Below, one piece after another: positions 57,087-64,000 of a stretch of 64,000 bases of DNA. Made by a program: the position numbers and the translations under genes. The stretch covers positions 64,604,001 through 64,668,000 of the forward strand of contig NC_043008.1 in assembly GCF_006345805.1 (NCBI RefSeq). The letters run 5' to 3'. Position 1 is the first letter of the stretch. Each line of letters begins with the position of its first letter. The DNA is from Octopus sinensis. Its lineage: Eukaryota. The notes under the pieces were generated by a model that saw only the letters and a program-made list of their open reading frames with translations, was not told the origin of the DNA and ran no database searches.

Positions 57087-58479
57087 GCAGACAACGATAA
57101 TAAGCAGAAAGAAATTAAATTGAAAGAATCTTTACCGTATTGACAAATGCTGAATGTTGTTCTATTTCAATACCTTGTTTCTTTGTTGGGGATAAAACTG
57201 AAACAGAAGGAAGATAAATTGAATTATTGCTGCTTTATTTGTCACGAAAACAATATTTATAAACAAGCTGAAAACTAGAAACATTCCGCCTTAAAAAAGC
57301 AGCAAATCAGAAAATGTGGTTTATTTTATTTTCTGTCTCCACCACCAACAGCAACACCACGTCACTTGTTTGTTATTAATTTTTTTTTAGATTTCATTTT
57401 TCGTTTTGTTGAATTGAATTTCATGCGTTAGTCGGTTTATGGTAGTGACAATTTAATATAAAATGAAAAGAAGAAAACAGAATTTATTGAACCAAGTTGA
57501 AAAGTATTAAAAAATAAAAATAAATATTAAGAAATAATAAGAAACGCTAATTGTGCACATAAAGACAGTGAAACAATTAAAACTCGCGAGAGAATCTAGA
57601 AACTTCGGTTTCATCACTTGTCTGTGTTTATCTAAGATGTTCCTATTGTGTAATTTAAGACTCTCTTTCTCTGTCTTTCCTTCTGTTTCTCTCCCTCTCT
57701 CTCTTTTTCTCTCCAACTCTGTCTCTGTCTTTCGTTATAATTTCGGAAAATGTCCAACAGGGAAATCAAAGTCGCAAGAGAAACAAAATGAATTAGTTTG
57801 TCGAGATGATGCGAATCTCAGTAATAATTTTCTCCAAGTATCTAAGTAAGCGCGACACAATCATCGATATAGACGAATAATATAAAGTAATAAAACGGTT
57901 GGAAGAACAGGAAGGGGTATAATATATTAATAATGTTAGCTTCGATATTGGCTAGCATTCAATACTTATCGCGCTGCAGGCATGATAGAAGAAAATTTTA
58001 CTTTCTATAGATATACATAGATAAGATTCTGTATGGTTTTATTTGCGAACAGATTTGAACGTCGTTTATAGTTTTCTGTTTTATAGGAGATATTAACAGA
58101 GAAAGGTCAGATGTTTCAGAAAGTTATTTGCTGTATTAATCTACCTTGAAACATAACTCTTTTATTATTAGCTACTACAATCATATGGACTGAGGTCCTG
58201 AGTGCTAATAAAATAGTATGACATTGTGTGAAGAAGCCTTTATTTTCTCGGTTTGATTCCTACATATTTATATATTCATATTCACAATTTTCTTGCCGAG
58301 TATAGTGTAACTGCCGTCGGTACAATTTCTCGACATCAGTAAGATTGAGAAAGCGGAAGCGCTTCAAGTATATAAAAGAAATAAATAATTTTAAGGATGA
58401 ATTTCGAAGTGAATATAACTATAAATGTGAGCATCTAATATATCAGACTAAAGCCCCTTGAATTTTTTTATGGCCGAGT

Positions 58480-58860
58480 TTCAAACTGCAGAGTTGCAAA
58501 AAAAAGTCCGCCCGTCACACTTTTCGGTTCAATGTTACTGCCCCGAGCTCCTGGATACATTCGAGACCAGTGTCTGCGATCACGTTGTCGATGCGTGACG
58601 ACATTTTATTCTTCTTACATCACCTTGAAGTGGATTCTGCATGACTAATTTGGATAATCCCAGCTTACAGGGGCGCACACAGTAACCAGATAGTCGCAGT
58701 CATCTTTGCCGCATCTTCTCGCTAACTTTCGGCAATTCTCCATAAAAGCATTCGTTTGTCATATGTTGCTGCCATTTCACATTTAGGGCCATTCGTAGCA
58801 TCTTTGCGATTCCATGAAAACTCTTATTGATCGTTGGAACATCTACTTATGCGAGAGTCG
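58480..58860 (-). pseudogene. C-terminal ORF fragment of an RTE-clade LINE
   Basis: Minus strand KMLRMALNVKWQQHMTNECFYGELPKVSEKMRQR*LRLSGYCVR..LSKLV, then ADTGL..QEL, matching RTE ORF2 C-terminal patterns. Confidence 0.8.
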
Positions 58861-58886
58861 TACATATTGCGGCGTACGTACACTTT

Positions 58887-58902
58887 GATCTCTTATATGT
58901 AA

Positions 58903-58933
<31 letters not shown>

Positions 58934-59626
58934 AATTTTGTACGACTCTCTTATTCTTTCATTCTTTCTTTCCTTCTATCAGCCCTTCACAGTTCATTCT
59001 TTCCACTCTTCTTTACATTCGTTCCCACTCTCTTACATTCCTGGCTTTTTCTTCATTCTCACCTTCCCTCCCCTTTCACTTCACTCTGTCCCTTTTCTTT
59101 TTTCTCCTCCCTCCCTAATTCTTCTGTTCGTCAGCCTCTACCCCTCTCGTCTCTCTCCACATGACCGGTGTTCGGCCAAGCCTGACCTTTCTTTCTCGGT
59201 TCAACTACCATCCGTGTAACATCTATATTCCTCACCATGCCTGTCATCTCTTATGTCCCTGCCGTAAAGCTTCACTTCCACACGCACCAACTTAATTTAA
59301 TTCGTCCTCAGTCGAAAGACACCTGTTGTTATGGCCTGTTATTTGTATTTGTATTTGTGTACCATTCCTCCATTTTTCCGTCCTTGTTTTCGTATATATT
59401 CGCTGGTTTCTGCCAAGGAATCTAGTGATCTTAGCTTAGATGTTCCTTGGGGCTGGCCAGATTGGAGCGATCTCGAGTATAACCAACCGAAACTACAAAG
59501 ATAATTTGGAACTCGACTGAGGAAAGAAAAGTTCGAATGATCCGTCGGTGTTTTTTCTTGTCCCTTTTTTGTATCATCTGTCTGGCTGTTTTGCGTTCTT
59601 GTTCCAGTTTTTGTATTCCTTTTTAT
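58887..59626 (+). mobile_element. ~740-bp insertion (CT-rich UTR-like region plus family I end) between 27-bp direct repeats
   Basis: GTACA(T/C)ATTGCGGCGTACGTACACTTT at 58860-58886 and 59627-59653. Confidence 0.7.
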
Positions 59627-59992
59627 GTACACATTGCGGCGTACGTACACTTTTCTTATATATATATATATATATATTGAGAGAGAGAGAGACCCATATA
59701 TGTGCGTGTGTGTGTATATACATATATATACATATGTATGCATGTATGTATGTATGTATGTCCATATACATATATGCATGAATATATATTCTTGAAGTAT
59801 GAATATTCTGAACTCGTACGGAGGGATGATCATGGAAATTTAACAGGAAACAGACTCTCTACAAAAAAAGCAACTTTTTATATTCATTGAGCATGAAATT
59901 ATATATTATTAAATCTACCATAGTTATGTTATTTGAATTACGTTCATAAAAATAATGTCTGGATTATATTCAGTAATGTATTTTGATAATAC

Positions 59993-60158
59993 AGTTCTAT
60001 ATTTAAGAGATGAGGAATTATGTATATTATTTGCATTATTTACATTCGACGGATATTTGTCTTCATCTTTGATGTTAACACAACGTTTCGGCTGATATAA
60101 CCTCCAGCTTTCATCAGGTGTCTTGGGGAAATTTCGAACCTGGGTTCTCATTCCTTAG
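59993..60158 (-). mobile_element. Inverted PLE terminal repeat at the 5' end of the PLE fragment
   Basis: Same repeat as 18056-18326; joins the RT fragment at CTCATTCCTTAGGT. Confidence 0.85.
60077..60122 (-). ncRNA. Minimal type I hammerhead ribozyme
   Basis: GACAC-CUGAUGA-A-AGCUG-GAGGUUAUAU-CAGCC-GAAA-CGUU-GUGUU; core intact, first stem II pair mismatched. Confidence 0.65.
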
Positions 60159-60162
60159 GTGA

Positions 60163-60940
60163 AAAAAAGACAATCAGCTAGCATTCTTGGACGTATTAAT
60201 AACACGCAACAACTATGGATTCAGGACATCCGTATACCGCAAGCCGACCTTCAATGGACGCTACCTCAACTTCAATTCCCACCATCCATACAGTGTAAAG
60301 AGAGGGATTGCTCAGTGCCTAAAACAGCGATCTTGGTATCCACCACGAAGAAACGATCAAGCTCATTAACAATCTATTAAGCAACAACTACCCGCAAAAC
60401 ATACTATCCACTCCAATTATGAAGAAAAGAGAGGATGAAACCAATAAACTGTCTACAGTCTGTCTACCCTATGTGAAAGGCCTCTCCGAAAAGATACAAA
60501 AGGTATGTGGCCCACATAACATCAGGACAATATTCAAGAGTAATGCAACACTTCGCAAATGCCTCATTCGGGTAAAGCCACCAATAGAAGAGAATATGAC
60601 CAAAAACTGTGTCTACTCCATCCCATGCAGCTGTGGTAGGTTATACAAAGGTGAAACATGCCAACCCCTCAAAATAAGGGTAGAGGAACATTGCAAAGCT
60701 GTGGCACGAGGAGATATTGATAAATCGGGTCTAGCTGAGCATGTATGGAAAAATGGAAACCACCTCCCCCTGTGGGATGAAGTTTAAATAATAAACCTTG
60801 AACACCACTGGAAAATACGAAAACTAAAAGAAGCAGCACATATGCTAGGACACAACAACCTCCTAAGCAGACCGAGTGCCGATATGAATGGCGTATGGGA
60901 ACCGGTATTAAAGAAGGATAGGAAAATATTAGATTTATAA
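60163..60940 (+). pseudogene. PLE ORF 3' part: RT thumb region plus GIY-YIG endonuclease
   Basis: LAFLDVLI...TSVYRKPTFNGRYLNFNSHHPYSVKRGI; a frameshift; LPYVKGLSEKI...NCVYSIPCSCGRLYKGET...RVEEH...SGLAEH; an in-frame stop at 60785-60787; RKLKEAAH; final stop at 60938-60940. Confidence 0.92.
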
Positions 60941-60970
60941 GCCCTAAAATTCATTCCATATATTGCCCAC

Positions 60971-61031
60971 GGGCATATGGTGTAATGGTTAAGAGCGCGG
61001 GCTACTAACCTCAAGATTCCGAGTTCAATTC
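60971..61031 (+). promoter_or_regulatory. tRNA-derived Pol III type-2 promoter-like segment in the PLE 3' region
   Basis: TGGTGTAATGG (A box, 60978-60988) and GAGTTCAATTC (B box, 61021-61031); anticodon-loop-like CTACTAA; no 3' acceptor stem, so not a tRNA gene. Confidence 0.65.
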
Positions 61032-61150
61032 ATAATAATAATAATACCAACAACATCGAAAAATACCTTAAGAATGAGAACCAAGACACCTGATGAAGGA
61101 TATATCAACCAAAAGATGAGGACAAATATCTGTCAAATGTAAATACAGTA
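61032..61150 (+). mobile_element. Internally deleted direct copy of the PLE terminal repeat (hammerhead broken)
   Basis: CCTTAAGAATGAGAACC-CAAGACACCTGATGAAGG-ATATATCAACC-AAAAGATGAGGACAAATATC; GAAACGTT is lost. Confidence 0.75.
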
Positions 61151-63064
61151 TATTTATATGAACACTGTTTGGAGTCTATAGATGTGAATTTCAAATATGT
61201 ATCTCTTTGTGCATGAGAATTGTAATATATCTTATAAGGAAATTCATTTACATTCAATATGAATTATATAGTGAATGTATATTGAATAAAACTTCTATAT
61301 TCTGATATATTGCTGTCTCAAAGTTACATTTTGAAATACAGATAAGACATGATGATATTTTAATGTATAGATGGCATGTTATATTAAATTTTGGTAAATT
61401 AACTTTGATTAGCACCTTCGTTACTAATATATGATAAGTTGTGATATGTTTTGATCAAATATACAAAATGTGTGTTATACTGAAGCAAGTATTGAATACC
61501 AGTTTCTACTTATTTCTTTTTAAGTTCCATTACCTTTATAGCAAATGGCTGCGCGCGTTGCTTTTATTGTAAACCAGTATACATTAAGCAGTGAGATGCA
61601 TTATAAACATTCATGTTTTCTAAATAATCCAGCTCTTACCAACTCACACCGAAAACTCGCGTGACATTGGTGGGACGGACTATACATGGTGTTATTGTTA
61701 AGGGAGTTTGAGCTGTGCGGTCTTTTCCCAAAAGTTAGACATAAACGCAAAATCTCTTCATTACAGTAATATATGAATATATACATATGCACATAGAGAA
61801 ATATGCATGCATATATAAATATATATATATATATACATGCACACTTTGTGCATGTATGTATGTATGCATAAATAGAAACGGAACTGACAATGCTCCGAGC
61901 TAGAAGGACATATTTTAAAATCAGATTTGCTCAGTTAAGTCTAAACTGGAGGAGAGTAGCAAAAAATACAACAAAAATATTGAATACCGGTAAAAGTGAA
62001 TGTTTTACGTGGAATATATGTTTAACCTACTTCATACCATGAAATCCTCAGGGATAATAAAGTGCTAAGAATCGGAGCATCGTCTGTATATTTGCAGACA
62101 CAAAGATGTCGATAATCTACCATTAAAATAGGTGAGAGATCTGCTTTGTTGAGGTTTGAAAGCCGTACCCGGGTTTTATATCAATAAACATTTCTGTATT
62201 CTGACGTGTATTTATTTATTTGAATTCACACAGTACTAGTGCAAATAACGTTCAATTTCTACTCCCTGCGGGGAATAGACACAACATACAACCATCTTGT
62301 AGTGTCGAAGATAATTGGCAAAGAGGAAAGACATACAAACACATACGCAGTAACACAGACACAAACACGAATAGCTATGATATTTTCAATATCATGAAAA
62401 CCTCGAAGTATTTACGAAAAATATAGTAGAATACACAAACAAACACACAAATAAATAAATAAATAAACAGAAGAGATAAAATAAATCTGCTGGAATATTT
62501 AATAACTTCAAGTTTGAAAAAAATACAATATAACATGAAATAACAGAGAAACATAAGAAACCATTAAAAAGAAAAAAAATATATATTTAAGCAGAATACA
62601 AAACGAAACTAAAACAACTAACAATCAAATACCTTATGACAGTATCAACGGCAAAAATAACAACAAAAAGAAAAGGAGAATATATTAGTAAAAATTTTAA
62701 GAAAATCTAGAGAGAAAAGATGGAAAAGGTACCGAAGCAGTGAAGTAGAAAAAAAATGTAACAAGAAAATTGAATAAAAAAAAAGATTTAAAAAACTCAT
62801 AAAAATAACAACACATGGAGCGAAAAAGAAGCAGACCAAACTATGGAGAAGATAGGTTTGCCTGTCTATTAAAAGACGATCTATAAATACTGAAATCTAT
62901 TTTAATGTTTGAAATATAAATTTTGAAAAGAGTATATATTATTTTATATATTTAAAAGAAATACAAAAACTACCCGTATAGATACAAAAGTAACAAGAAG
63001 AGATATGAAAATAGTTTCATTTAATATTCTCCATTGATTTCTGCTCTCGGGTATACATAAGCAT

Positions 63065-63107
<43 letters not shown>

Positions 63108-63129
63108 ATATATGCATATATATATACAA

Positions 63130-63161
<32 letters not shown>

Positions 63162-63187
63162 CAAATATATATATATATATATATAAT

Positions 63188-63218
<31 letters not shown>

Positions 63219-64000
63219 CAAATATATATATATATATATATGTATGCATGCATACTTACATATCTGTGTGCGTATGTGTGTAAGTGTGTGTGTTGGTGTT
63301 GCACTTGGATTGGTGACTTCTCAGCACCGTAGCATGATTGCGTGCAAGCAAGCGTGTACCCATAACACCCACACACTACACACACATACACACACACTCA
63401 ATAAACACACACACATACATATATTCATATTTACGTACGTGCTACGTTTGTTACTGTGCGTGCGTGTTAAAGCACCGAGTAAAAGTTTATTTCTTCTCCT
63501 CCCTCAGCCAGCGACACCAAGATATTCCTTCTTCACTCGCTGAAAACAAACACAAAACAACAACGACAATAATAATATTTTCGTTATTAACCACAAGAAT
63601 GTGAAGAACAACACAAAAATATACGTAAACATTAAATGGAGGCTTACAAAGACGACGAGTTGTTGGGGGTGAGTTAGAGAAGGTATTCGTAGACGAGGGC
63701 TAGAGTAAAAGTCTTTACATAACGTATGTATTACAAATTTAAGAAGTTGACAATAAATTTCAAACATTTAAACCTCAACCTGTGTTTAAAGGGGTCTCCC
63801 TACTTTGCTTATAATACCCCTAGGGTATGTTTCATCAAAATAATTTCATGGACGATAGAGCGTGGTTTCTGATTATAAGATTCTCAACTTGTGTTTCCCA
63901 GGCAATTATTTTTATTGGCGTAAATAAGCCATCTTCAGAATACAAATATACGGCTAGAAATACCAAAATTTCCCGTAAAATGTTCCTGTATGATATTGCG

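Noticed and set aside
60971-61031. tRNA genes (also SINE heads at 32819, 37209 and 54520)
   Set aside because: No complete cloverleaf or 3' acceptor stem; all run into repeat bodies.

Overview
AT-rich eukaryotic (metazoan) DNA dominated by microsatellites and decayed mobile elements. The SINE sequences and repeat landscape look like an octopus (coleoid cephalopod) genome; this is recognition from memory, not a database result. I can recognise no intact host protein-coding gene, and almost all ORFs in the track are translated microsatellites. Supported content: a 27-bp satellite with a 162-bp higher-order repeat and two orientation flips (1-1921); many copies of several tRNA-headed SINE families; at least four distinct Penelope-like element (PLE) GIY-YIG remnants; LINE fragments (RTE-like, R4/Dong-like, probable L1/Tx1-like); Tc1/mariner and hAT transposase remnants; and two non-autonomous Helitrons. 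The most interesting signals are: (i) minimal hammerhead ribozymes in PLE terminal repeats, including a back-to-back pair and a PLE whose 3' end carries a tRNA-like Pol III A/B box upstream of the ribozyme repeat; (ii) a SINE whose insertions recur at GGTATT, including inside itself and a sister family; (iii) a LINE 3' end inserted with an 11-bp TSD into a SINE tRNA head; (iv) a four-copy CGCCATCT array with exact 21-bp phasing. A few splice-signal-flanked candidate exons are reported at low confidence.
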